Part shown: positions 1 to 9,472 of the stretch, piece by piece | Numbering within the stretch: the stretch's first letter is position 1 | Layout of the letters: each line of letters starts with the position of its first letter | Assembly: GCA_005879815.1 (NCBI GenBank) | Contig: VBKA01000020.1 | Coordinates: 223-64,222, forward strand | Direction: 5' to 3' | DNA length: 64,000 nucleotides | DNA from: Chloroflexota bacterium | GTDB lineage: Bacteria; Chloroflexota; Limnocylindria; QHBO01 | Notes under the pieces: model-generated | Database searches by the model: none | Told to the model about the DNA's origin: nothing | The model's input: only the letters and a program-made list of their open reading frames with translations | Translations under genes and position numbers: made by a program

Positions 1-560
1 CCACCGTCGTGCGAGATGTTGACCCAGATCTGGCTCGGACCGTAGAAGTCGTGGTACATCAGCACGACCTCGGCCTTGGACGTGCTCTTCCCCGACAGGA
101 TTGAAGCTGCCACCCAATCGCGATCGACGCCAAAGGGCGAGCAGCTCGTTCCACATTCGGGCAGCGCACCGGCGCCGTGCGTCCAGCTCGTCCCGCCATT
201 GACGGATTTCCAGACGTCTGCCTGCAGGGGCGCGACTCCCTCGCTCCCCGCGAGGTTGCACAAGTAGACGGCATTCGACTGATCGGTGGCGAGGCAATCG
301 TCGCCGCTGTTCGGGTCAGCCGTCGTGACCTGCTGCCAGGTGACGCCGCGGTCCGTCGAGCGGTAGGTGATCGTGCCGCCACTCGGCGTCGTGTCGTACA
401 GGACGCCCTTCGTATCGGACACGATCGATGGCTCTCCGCCGTAGGCGCCGACATCGGCTACCTCGTACGCCGGCGAACTGGGGGTGCGTGCGCTGACACC
501 CCCGACAACGACTCCAACCAGAAGAGTTGTGGCTGCCACCACGGCCGGGACGCGTTTCAT
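1..560 (-). CDS. Secreted BNR/Asp-box repeat (sialidase-like beta-propeller) protein, runs off the window start (partial)
   Basis: Not in the ORF track. Hand translation from ATG 560: MKRVPAVVAATTLLVGVVVGGVSA (signal-like), then Asp-box motifs YRSTDRGVTW, WKSVNGGTSW and NISHDGG. GAGAGG SD upstream. Confidence 0.75.
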   Translation of the reverse strand, partial: MKRVPAVVAATTLLVGVVVGGVSARTPSSPAYEVADVGAYGGEPSIVSDTKGVLYDTTPSGGTITYRSTDRGVTWQQVTTADPNSGDDCLATDQSNAVYLCNLAGSEGVAPLQADVWKSVNGGTSWTHGAGALPECGTSCSPFGVDRDWVAASILSGKSTSKAEVVLMYHDFYGPSQIWVNISHDG

Positions 561-734
561 TGATTGAGCCTCTCGTCAGGAGGCGCGGGCTGCCGTCTCA
601 ATCACGCATGACTGATCACGGGATCGAGGCTGCCGTCGCGCGAAGTGCCCCACCGATGGCGCGAGGCAGCAATTGGCGTGCCATTTGGCCGCCGATTCCA
701 GCCGTGCGCCGAGGGCGCGGCTACGATTGGCTCG

Positions 735-2360
735 GTGTCGACTCACTCATCACGGCCGCGGGGTCTCGCTCTGGCGGCCGCCGTGGCCTCTGCCGTGCTC
801 CTGGGCGGCTGCCTTGGCCCCACTCTCACGCCCGACCCTTCGCCATCCGCCACCGCGACCCCGTCGATCTCGCCCGCGCCCACCCCGAGCCCGACCGCCA
901 CCAGACCTCCGACGAAGTTCCCGCTCGCGGTCGTCACGGGCATCACCAACCTGAAATCGGTCATTGCCCTCAGTGAGCTGACCAAGCTCGCGGCCAGCGG
1001 CAAGCTCGTGGTGCCCTGTGGGGTGACCGTCAGCCATCCGGCGCTCACCGCCACCGAACGATGCATCCCGGCAGCCAAGATCATGAGTGCGATCGGCGCC
1101 AACCAGAAGCTGGTCGCGCTCCTGCCGCCAGGGCTCGTCGAGCCCGCTACCAAGGTGCTGCCCATCGCGGGCAACGGACCATTTGGGCTGTTTGGGGCGG
1201 ACCTATTTGGCGACAAGGCGGCGCGTGCGCTGCGCTACCCGGTGGTCGGCATCGCTGGCGGGCAGGGCGCCGAGGCACTCAAGCCGAGCTGGCTCGCCTA
1301 CCGCGCCTCGCAGGTTTGGACGCTAACGTCGGTCGGCAGCATGTGCGCGGATCGGCTGGGCGCGTATCAGGCCGTTACCCTCGGCAAAGGCTGGGATTGG
1401 GTGTTCGACGGCGGGACGGCCCGCTACACGGGCGGACCATTCCTGAACCCGAACCCACCTCCGGGCATCTCCCAGTTCCCGATCATCCGTCCGGTTGACA
1501 CCGGTCATCCCGGGCTCACCGCAAGCATCACCAAGCGATCCGATGTCGCACTCGGCGACCACAAATGCCCGATCCTGCCCACGAGTCGGTGGGCGCCAAG
1601 CCTCAACGGCCCGCCGAGCCTGGCCGTGCCGGAGGAGCTTCTGCCACGGTGGAAAAATCTGCTCGGCATCGATGCGGTGTTTCTGGCAGCCGACCACCAG
1701 AGCGATCGTGGCGTTGCGGGCATCGCCTCGACGGTCCAACTCCTCGACAAGCACCGAATCCCGCACACCGGCCTCGGGATGAACCTCGATCAGGCGCTTC
1801 AGCCGGCGTACGTCAGGGTTGCCGGCCTGAAGGTGGCGTTCGTGTCCTGGAATGAAGTCACCGGCCCCGCGCATGCAGGGCCAACCACGCCGGGCGTCGC
1901 GTGGCTCACGCAGGCGAACGTCAACGCGGCCGTCCGAAACGCGCGCGCCGGCGGCGCCGACCTGGTCATGTGCGAGCCCCAGTGGTGGGGCGGCGACGAA
2001 TACCACCCGGACCTGTGGCCGTCTCAGAAGAGGGCTCTGGACTGGATGGACCAGGCCGGATGCGACCAGGTCATCGGCGGCGGCCTGCACCTGGCCGGCG
2101 GGATGTTCCTGCGCCAGCACAAGAATGGCGTCAGCCTGGTCGACGCAGGTCCCGGCAACTACATGTACGGGCAGCCGTGGTGGCAGGAGACCCAGGAGGG
2201 CGTCATCCTCGACATGACGTTCCGCGGCAAGACCCTCGTGAACGTCCGGCTCCACCCCTACGTCATGATCCTCGAGGCCCGGCCGTCCCTCACCGATCCG
2301 CAAGGCGACGGTCACTACGTCCTCGAGCGGATCTGGAAGAACTCGACCGTCAGCTACTGA
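735..2360 (+). CDS. CapA/PGA_cap-family metallophosphoesterase-fold lipoprotein with degenerate active-site motifs
   Basis: Lipobox LLGGC and Pro/Thr linker. CapA-like blocks: LAADHQSD, GLKVAFVSW, ADLVMCEPQWWGGDEY, IGGGLH, GPGNY. GTG 735 lies 7 nt after TACGAT. Confidence 0.7.
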   Translation: MSTHSSRPRGLALAAAVASAVLLGGCLGPTLTPDPSPSATATPSISPAPTPSPTATRPPTKFPLAVVTGITNLKSVIALSELTKLAASGKLVVPCGVTVSHPALTATERCIPAAKIMSAIGANQKLVALLPPGLVEPATKVLPIAGNGPFGLFGADLFGDKAARALRYPVVGIAGGQGAEALKPSWLAYRASQVWTLTSVGSMCADRLGAYQAVTLGKGWDWVFDGGTARYTGGPFLNPNPPPGISQFPIIRPVDTGHPGLTASITKRSDVALGDHKCPILPTSRWAPSLNGPPSLAVPEELLPRWKNLLGIDAVFLAADHQSDRGVAGIASTVQLLDKHRIPHTGLGMNLDQALQPAYVRVAGLKVAFVSWNEVTGPAHAGPTTPGVAWLTQANVNAAVRNARAGGADLVMCEPQWWGGDEYHPDLWPSQKRALDWMDQAGCDQVIGGGLHLAGGMFLRQHKNGVSLVDAGPGNYMYGQPWWQETQEGVILDMTFRGKTLVNVRLHPYVMILEARPSLTDPQGDGHYVLERIWKNSTVSY

Positions 2361-2734
2361 GCTCCACCTGGTGCATCCGGGCCCATCGGGCTGACCAGCT
2401 GAAAGTAGTTGTCGTCCGGGTCGGCGAGCGTCGCGATCGATGAACCCGGGGCCTCCTCGAACTCGTAAGGCTCGCGGACGACGATCGCGCCGGCCGCCTT
2501 CAGCCGCTCGAAGTCGCCCTTGACGTCGGGCGTCTCGATGTTCCAGATGAGGCGGCCGGGCGCTGCGTTCTTGCCATGGACCTCGCTATGGGGTCCCACG
2601 GTCACGAAGCCCGACCCGATTTGCCAGCCTGTGTATCCGCTGTCGGACATCGTCGGCGCGCCGAGCAGCTTGGTGTAGTAGTCGACGAGGCGCTCCGGGT
2701 CTTCCGACCCGATCAGGATGCTGTTGAAGTTCAT
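2354..2734 (-). CDS. VOC/glyoxalase family protein
   Basis: MNFNSILIGSEDPERLVDYY...DVKGDFERLKAAGA...ADPDDNYFQL. GGAG SD before ATG 2734. Confidence 0.85.
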   Translation of the reverse strand: MNFNSILIGSEDPERLVDYYTKLLGAPTMSDSGYTGWQIGSGFVTVGPHSEVHGKNAAPGRLIWNIETPDVKGDFERLKAAGAIVVREPYEFEEAPGSSIATLADPDDNYFQLVSPMGPDAPGGAQ

Positions 2735-2812
2735 ATCGGTCTCCTGCTGGTCGCGGATCGGGTTGCTGTGCGGCAGGAATAGTAGGCGCGTCCTCGCGGT
2801 AGGCTGCCAAGC

Positions 2813-4059
2813 GTGGTGAGCGAGTCGCTCTGGCGAAACGCCGATTTTCGGAAGCTGTGGGCCGGCCAAACAGTCTCCGAGCTCGGATCTGTCGTCACGC
2901 GCACGGCGATCCCGCTGGTCGCCCTCATGGTGCTGGGGGCAGGCCCGATCCAAATGGCCCTGCTCATCGTCGCGGCCAGCCTCGCGGTGCTGCTTATCGG
3001 ATTGCTCGCAGGCGCATGGGTCGACCGGCTGCGACGTCGGCCGCTCCTCATCTTGGCGGACGCGACCCGCGCTTTGCTGCTGTTATCGATCCCCGCGGCG
3101 TACATCGCGGGGGTGCTGCGCATCGAACAGCTATACGTGGTCGTGTTCATCGAAGGCTGCCTTGGGGCGCTCTTCGATGCGGCCTACCCGGCTTACGTCC
3201 CCTCGCTTATCGGGGTCGACCGCGTAGTCGAAGGCAACAGCAAGCTGGCCACGAGCTCGTCCCTCGCGGAAATCGGCGGTCCGGGCCTGGCTGGTGGACT
3301 GGTGCAGCTGATTGGTCCGCCGCTGGCGATCTTCGTCGACGCGATCTCCTTTGTGGTCTCAGCCCTCTCTCTGATCCTGATCCGAAGCCGAGAGCCGTCG
3401 CGGCCCCCGCGCACGTCGCCGACACCCATCCGGCTCGAGATCCTCGAGGGTTTGCGGCTCCTCCGGCGCCATGCCGTGCTCCTTCCGCTCACCCTCCGCT
3501 CGATCATCGCTCATGTTGCGGGGTCGTTCTACGGAGTCCTGTACACGATCTATCTCATCCAGGAGCTGCACCTCAGCCCGTTCCTGCTGGGGGTCGTCGT
3601 TTCGGCCGGCGGCGTCGGCTCCCTCATCGGCTCAATCTTTGCTTCGCGGGTCATCTCCCGGTTCGGCTTCGGCCCAGCCCTCATCTGGACCGCGACCGGC
3701 GCCTCCATCGTCGGCGTGCTCACGCCACTTGCGGGCGGGCCGCTCGTACTGGCGACGCTGATGGTGTTCCTGCCGCAGCTCATCGGCGATGGCCTCCAGA
3801 CGATCGAGAGCGTGGCTGAGCCCAGGGCGTGATTCCAGATCGAATCCTGGGCCGCGTAAACGCGAACCTCGAGGTCTTCTCGCACGGCATCGCCTACCCG
3901 CTGGGTGCGCTGCTGGCAGCAGGTCTCGCGGGCTGGGTCGGCGTGCGTGGCGGGATAGCCCTCGGGTGGGCGGGAATGGCCGTCTCGATCCTGCTCCTCG
4001 TGTTGTCGCCGCTGCCACGGATCCGGCAAACCTCGGATGTTCTCGCCATGGAGAGCTGA
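2813..4059 (+). pseudogene. MFS transporter (DHA3/MFS_3-like), frameshifted near 3820
   Basis: ORF 2813-3832 (FRKLWAGQTVS, GAWVDRLRRR) stops early. The final helices (VIPDRILGRVNA...) continue in another frame at 3829-4059. Confidence 0.75.
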
Positions 4060-4184
4060 GCAGTTGGCGCTTTGCGGGCCCTCGACCGCCGGTGGGATAC
4101 AGTCACCCCTCGTCGCGACCAAGGAGTCGGAGGTGGGGTTTAAGGTGTCACCGCAGGAGCACTCCCGGAGGTCATGAAGCCCTC

Positions 4185-5150
4185 ATGCCACCACTGTCAA
4201 CTCGTTCTGCGGATGGTGTTCGCATGATCGAGGTCACCACGCCGCGGGGCCCCTTCAAGGTCTGGACAAAACGCGTCGGCAACAACCCCAGGATCAAGCT
4301 GCTGCTCCTGCACGGCGGCCCCGGCTTTCCGCATGAGTACTTCGAGGCCTTCGACGACTACCTGCCGAATGAGGGGATCGAGTACCTCTACTACGACCAG
4401 CTCGGCTCCTATTACAGCGACCAGCCGGAGATGACCGATGAGATGCTGGCGCTGCCGCGCTTCGTCGACGAAGTCGAGCAGGTACGCCGGGCGCTCCGTC
4501 TCGACACGGACAGCTTCTATCTCCTGGGCCAGTCGTGGGGCGGTTTGCTCGCCATCGAGTACGCGCTAAAGCACCAGGACCATCTGAAGGCACTGATCAT
4601 TTCAAACATGATGGCCAGCATCCCTCAGTACAACGACTACGCCAAGAACGTCTTGATGCCAGCGATGGACCCAAAGGTGCTCGCCGAGGCGAAGCAACTC
4701 GAAGCCGCTGGCAAGTACGAGGATCCGCGCTACCTGGAGCTATTGATCCCCAACCATTACGAGAAGCATGTGATCCGGATGCCCATAAACCAATGGCCCG
4801 ATCCGCTCAAGCGCTCTTTCGACCATATGAACCCGAAGGTCTACATACCGATGCAGGGACCCAGCGAGCTGGGCGCCAGCGGCAAGCTCGCGAATTGGGA
4901 TCGCACCGCTGACCTCAAGAACATCACCGTGCCGACGCTGATCATCGGAGCGCGCTTCGACACGATGGACCCCAAGCACATGGAATGGATGTCGAAGCAG
5001 ATACCGAAAGGGCAATATCTGTATTGCCCGAACGGCAGCCACCTGGCCATGTACGACGACCAACGCACGTACATGCGTGGCCTGGTCGAATTCATGAAGG
5101 GCGTAGACAGCGCAATGACCAACGAACGCTCCAGTAGCTCACACGTATAG
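4185..5150 (+). CDS. Proline iminopeptidase-family alpha/beta hydrolase
   Basis: LLLHGGPG, YYDQLGSYYSDQP, nucleophile elbow GQSWGG, RFDTM, GSHLAMYDDQ. Confidence 0.88.
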   Translation: MPPLSTRSADGVRMIEVTTPRGPFKVWTKRVGNNPRIKLLLLHGGPGFPHEYFEAFDDYLPNEGIEYLYYDQLGSYYSDQPEMTDEMLALPRFVDEVEQVRRALRLDTDSFYLLGQSWGGLLAIEYALKHQDHLKALIISNMMASIPQYNDYAKNVLMPAMDPKVLAEAKQLEAAGKYEDPRYLELLIPNHYEKHVIRMPINQWPDPLKRSFDHMNPKVYIPMQGPSELGASGKLANWDRTADLKNITVPTLIIGARFDTMDPKHMEWMSKQIPKGQYLYCPNGSHLAMYDDQRTYMRGLVEFMKGVDSAMTNERSSSSHV

Positions 5151-5185
5151 TCGTGGCCGTCGTGGGCCTGCCTCCACGAGGAACG

Positions 5186-5452
5186 ATGCTCCCAGCTGCT
5201 CAACCAACCTGCTTCCTGATCGCCGACATCTCCGGGTACGCCGCGCCGAAGACAAAGCGGGAGATGCCTCTCATGAACGTGATTGGCCCCGCGTACGCGA
5301 GGGCGTTGGAGGCGCAGGCGCCGGACCTCATCGCCCAGCTGGACGCCGAACTCGCCGCTCGCGAGGCCGACGGGTCGCCCGAGGCCCAGCTGAGGACGCC
5401 CAAGCCGGGCGGCCCCCTGTCGGAGCATCAGCCGCCGGTGATCGTCGGCTGA
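5186..5452 (+). pseudogene. Internally deleted DUF2652-like (class III cyclase-like) gene remnant
   Basis: Begins PTCFLIADISGY, a DUF2652-type N-terminal motif, then jumps to a C-terminus-like helical segment. Only 88 aa. GAGGAA SD. Confidence 0.5.
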
Positions 5453-6588
5453 CGGCCCTCTGGTCGAGGCGTTCTGTTTGGCTGCGCCGTCACACGTTCT
5501 CCTGATGCCGCAGCCCTCTCGATGTTGGCGATGACCTCGTGTCGTCGGACGGCATCGGCGAAGTCGGGCACGGTATGCGTCCCGTTGGCGAGGTCTGCCA
5601 CGAACGCGGCGTATGCACGCCCAACGTTGTAGGCCGGGCCTCCTTCGAGGCTAGCGAGCGCAGGCCACTTCTGCGTCAGCGCGGTCGGGACGGAAAGCTG
5701 GGCGGGCTCGCCGCCACCACGAACTCCCGCCACCGTCAACGGGAAGATCTCGGGCAATGCGGCATCAGCGGTGATGCGGAGCGTTCCGTCCGTTCCATTG
5801 ATTTCCCACAAGAAGCCGATGCCGCCCGCGACTGCCTCACGAATGTGGACGCTGGCGGTCGCGCCGGACGTGAGGGTGCCGATCACCGCGATTTGGTCGG
5901 CGGCCGTCTTTACGATCTGCTGCCGGGTCTTTTCGGCGGTGATCACCGGTCGACGAATGGCCGACATAGCCGACAGGCCCGCGAACTCCCCCAGCACATA
6001 GTTGAGGGTGTCCAGGCTGTGCCCGACAGCGACGGTGAGCAGGTTGGCCCCGTTCTTCCCGTCGAGCATGTAGACGTTGGGCTGGACCACGACATCGCCC
6101 GGGACCGAGAGCCCGATCATCGTCGTCGACAGGACCTCGCCGACGTATCCGTCGCTGAGCAGCTCCCGGACGAACTCGATGGCCGGGGCCTGGCGGGCCT
6201 GCAACCCAACGACGGTTCGCACTTCCCGCTGCGCGCTCAACGCGGCCATCGCCCGGGCGTCCTCGAGGTCGCGACCGAGTGGCCACTCGCAGTAGACCGC
6301 CTTTCCGGCTGCAAGAGCGGCATCGACCAGCTCTCGATGATGCGGGACCTTGACCGTGACAACGACCACATCGATGTCGGGCCGGGTCACGAGCTGCTCG
6401 TGGTCTGAGAACACCGCGCTGACCCCGAACGCTTGGCCTGCCTCGCGAGCGGATTCAGCGCTGTGCGCGCTGAGTGCACGGATTTCGTAGGTCGGCAGCG
6501 CTCGCAATGCGGGGATGTGGGCGGTGGCGGCCCAGCCCCGAACCGGACTGACCCCGATGATCCCGACACCCAGGACCGATTCAGGCAT
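5428..6588 (-). CDS. Gfo/Idh/MocA family oxidoreductase
   Basis: VGIIG...WAATAHIPAL, DIDVVVVTVKVPHH, GKAVYCEWPLG, VPDFADAVRRH. Confidence 0.9.
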   Translation of the reverse strand: MPESVLGVGIIGVSPVRGWAATAHIPALRALPTYEIRALSAHSAESAREAGQAFGVSAVFSDHEQLVTRPDIDVVVVTVKVPHHRELVDAALAAGKAVYCEWPLGRDLEDARAMAALSAQREVRTVVGLQARQAPAIEFVRELLSDGYVGEVLSTTMIGLSVPGDVVVQPNVYMLDGKNGANLLTVAVGHSLDTLNYVLGEFAGLSAMSAIRRPVITAEKTRQQIVKTAADQIAVIGTLTSGATASVHIREAVAGGIGFLWEINGTDGTLRITADAALPEIFPLTVAGVRGGGEPAQLSVPTALTQKWPALASLEGGPAYNVGRAYAAFVADLANGTHTVPDFADAVRRHEVIANIERAAASGERVTAQPNRTPRPEGRQPTITGG

Positions 6589-8089
6589 TGGTACGGACCC
6601 GCGCGCCGCCCGTCCCGCCGTCCGGCGCATCGCCGAGCACTCGGTCGCGCTCGTGCAGCGCCCCTTTCTCTGCGTCCCCGGCCGACCCCAGAACCGTGCC
6701 GGCGACGACGAGGGCGACGAGCACGAGCCCGGCGCCGATGGCGAACGACAGCTGGTAACCGTTGGTGACCGCCGTCGGCTCGGCAGACGACAACGCAAGC
6801 AGCCGGTTCGTCTCTGACGCCGAGAGCGAAGCCAGTACCGATAGACCCAGCGCTCCCCCGACCTGCTGGGTCGTCATGAGCAGTCCGGACGCGAGGCCGG
6901 AATCGTGCTCGCTGGCGTCCGACATCCCAAGCGCCATCAGCGACGGGAACGCGAGCCCGAAGCCCACGCCAAGTGGGAGAACCGAGGGCAGCACGTCCGC
7001 GAAGTAGTCAGCCTCGACCGGCACTCGCGCGAAGAGCACCAGGCCCACACCCATCAGCACGAGGCTCGGCAGGAGCACCGCACGGGCGCCGAAGCGGGTG
7101 ATCAGTGGCCCGGACGCGAATGACAGGGTTGCGATCGAGAGACTGAACGGCAGGAACGCAAGGCCGATGCCGAGCGGATCGTAACCATGGACGCGCTGGA
7201 AGTAGAGACTGCCCAGGAAGAACATCCCGAACAGCGCGGCGAAAATGAGCAGCAGGACGACGCTCGTCCCGGACACGTTGCGCGATCCGAAGATGCGGAA
7301 TGGGATGAGCGGATTCGCAGTCCGCGACTCGCGGACGACGAAGGCCATCAGCGATGCGATCGCAGCCGCGCCGAACCCGATGGTGTGAGCGGATCCCCAC
7401 CCGAAATCCGTCGTCCGGATGATCGTGTACACCCCGAGCAGAAGCGCCGCCGTTACCAGGACGGCGCCGAGTGCATCAGCGCCCTTGCCGAGCCCGATTC
7501 CGTGGTCGGACTCGAGCAACCGCAAGGCAAAGAACGCGGTGGCGATGCCAATCGGGACATTGACCAGGAAGATCCAGTGCCAGTTGAGCGCGTCGGTCAG
7601 GAAGCCGCCGGCCAGAAGCCCGATGGACGCACCCGCTGCTGCGACGAAGCTGTATGCGCCGATCGCGCGGGCCTGTTCGCGGGGCTCCCTGAACAGCGTC
7701 ACGACCATGCCGAGGATGACCGCAGAGGTCATCGCGCCGCCGACGCCCTGGATGAACCGCGCGGCGACCAACATTTCCTGACCGATGGACAGCCCGCAAA
7801 GCAGGGAGGCTGTCGTGAACACCGCGATGCCCGCAAGAAAGACCCGTCGCCGACCCAGAAGGTCGCCGAGTCGTCCGGCCAGAAGCAGGACGCCCCCAAA
7901 GGCGATCAGGTAGGCATTGACGACCCACGCCAGGCTCAACTGCGCGAAGCCAAGATCACTCCGGATCGACGGCAGCGCGACATTCACGATCGTCGCATCG
8001 AGGACGATCATCAGCATTCCGGCGCACAGGACGATCAGGGCGAGCCAGCGCGAATCGCGGGCGGGAGAACGTTGTGAGACCGGGGCCAT
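6581..8089 (-). CDS. DHA2 (EmrB/QacA) 14-TM MFS efflux transporter
   Basis: LDATIVNVALPSI, WVVNAYL, GRLGDLLGRRRVF, WHWIFLVNVPIG. Confidence 0.92.
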   Translation of the reverse strand: MAPVSQRSPARDSRWLALIVLCAGMLMIVLDATIVNVALPSIRSDLGFAQLSLAWVVNAYLIAFGGVLLLAGRLGDLLGRRRVFLAGIAVFTTASLLCGLSIGQEMLVAARFIQGVGGAMTSAVILGMVVTLFREPREQARAIGAYSFVAAAGASIGLLAGGFLTDALNWHWIFLVNVPIGIATAFFALRLLESDHGIGLGKGADALGAVLVTAALLLGVYTIIRTTDFGWGSAHTIGFGAAAIASLMAFVVRESRTANPLIPFRIFGSRNVSGTSVVLLLIFAALFGMFFLGSLYFQRVHGYDPLGIGLAFLPFSLSIATLSFASGPLITRFGARAVLLPSLVLMGVGLVLFARVPVEADYFADVLPSVLPLGVGFGLAFPSLMALGMSDASEHDSGLASGLLMTTQQVGGALGLSVLASLSASETNRLLALSSAEPTAVTNGYQLSFAIGAGLVLVALVVAGTVLGSAGDAEKGALHERDRVLGDAPDGGTGGARVRTNA

Positions 8090-8124
8090 GATCGAGGTCG
8101 CTCCTTCGGTGCTCTGCGCGTGCG

Positions 8125-8775
8125 CTAGAAGCCGAGGACCTCGTCGACGAAGACGACGGTGATGCGGCCCGGGGCGATCTCGCGGTTGATGATGAGGACC
8201 TTGTTGACCGCGCTGTGGATGCCGTACGCCGCCTGGGCGCGAGCGTCCTCGAGGGGAAAGGCGTACTCGTCGATCCGGCGCAAGCCCTCTTCGAGGTCGG
8301 ACACGATCTTCTGCGTTCCCACCACAAGAATCACTCGGGCGGCTCCGCTGACATACGGTCCCAGCTGACTGCCCCCCATGGAGGCTGCCAGCAACGACCC
8401 GGTCTCGGTGACCGCGTGGACGCTGCCGAGCATCACCTCCGGCGCCGAACTCAGGTGACGGATCTCATCAGCCTGGGTCTTGCGGTCCATGCTGTAGATC
8501 CGCGGCCGGAGAGGCTCATATCGGCCGGATTTCTCGATCTCGTCGGTAATGCCCGACACGTCGAGCGATTGCGAGGCGCCATGATGCACCTGCGATCCGT
8601 CCGGGATGAGCCCGAGAACGATCCGCTTCGCTTCCGCCGCGTTCGCAGCTCGCAGGGCGTTGATTCCGTTCGCGTCGAGGGCCCTGGCGGCTCTTCTGAC
8701 GCGTGCTTCGTCCGCCAGAGATCCAAAACGGCCTTCGACGTCCGGATCTACGTCGGGTATGAGTTCGGCAATCAC
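8125..8775 (-). CDS. LUD (LutC/YkgG) domain protein
   Basis: GSVHAVTETGSL, GSQLGPY, VILVVGTQKIV, VDEVLGF. GTG 8775 follows GGAAGGGAAG. Confidence 0.8.
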   Translation of the reverse strand: MIAELIPDVDPDVEGRFGSLADEARVRRAARALDANGINALRAANAAEAKRIVLGLIPDGSQVHHGASQSLDVSGITDEIEKSGRYEPLRPRIYSMDRKTQADEIRHLSSAPEVMLGSVHAVTETGSLLAASMGGSQLGPYVSGAARVILVVGTQKIVSDLEEGLRRIDEYAFPLEDARAQAAYGIHSAVNKVLIINREIAPGRITVVFVDEVLGF

Positions 8776-8804
8776 GATCTTCCCTTCCGCCCCCGCGGGC
8801 TGAT

Positions 8805-8854
8805 ATACTTGCAATCGCAAGTATCCTACGGCTATCTGGTTGCACATGCAAGTA
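8805..8854. promoter_or_regulatory. Tandem palindromic operator (probable MarR sites) between the divergent LUD operon and marR
   Basis: ATACTTGC-AATC-GCAAGTAT (8805-8824) and the related TTGCA-CA-TGCAA (8840-8851), which overlaps the marR start. Confidence 0.7.
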
Positions 8855-9346
8855 CTTTCCGAAACCGAACTGGCTGGGCTTGTGGATCGCCTGGTTGCCA
8901 GCGAATTGCCCGGCGGGCGTGGGATTGGGGCCTGGAGCTCACTCCTGCGAGCTCACGCCACGCTCATGCGCCAGCTCGAGACGGATCTCGAGCAACAGAC
9001 CGGCCTTGCATTGCCCGACTTCGACGTCTTGGCTCAGCTGGCGATCGCCGGCGGCGAGCTGCGGATGACGGAGCTCGCGAACCGCGCGCTCATCTCGCGG
9101 TCGGGCATGACCCGTCGGGTCGCCCGGCTGGTCGATGAAGGCCTCGTTGGCCGAGCCGACGCCACGGCCGACGGACGGGGCGTCCTCGTTGCGCTCACCG
9201 ATGCCGGCGTCGCCCGGCTGACCGAGACGGTGCCAGCCCACGCACGTGGGATCGCCAAATATTTCGTGTCCCGGCTCGAGGATGAGGAGCTCGCGGTACT
9301 CGAGAGCGCCCTGGACAAGGTGACAGTCGACTGCACCTTTGGCTGA
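8846..9346 (+). CDS. MarR family transcriptional regulator
   Basis: FDVLAQL, LRMTELANRALISRSGMTRRVARL, DGRGVLVALTDAG. Confidence 0.92.
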   Translation: MQVLSETELAGLVDRLVASELPGGRGIGAWSSLLRAHATLMRQLETDLEQQTGLALPDFDVLAQLAIAGGELRMTELANRALISRSGMTRRVARLVDEGLVGRADATADGRGVLVALTDAGVARLTETVPAHARGIAKYFVSRLEDEELAVLESALDKVTVDCTFG

Positions 9347-9472
9347 GAGCGCTGGCGCGCGGACTCTATTCTTCCCGAGCCGCTCTTCCGGAGCCGCAGT
9401 TCAGCCTGGTGAGGCGGCGTCGGTTCGGGGCATGGAGGACTCTGGCATGACAAAGCGCGCTCGCTCGTCCGA

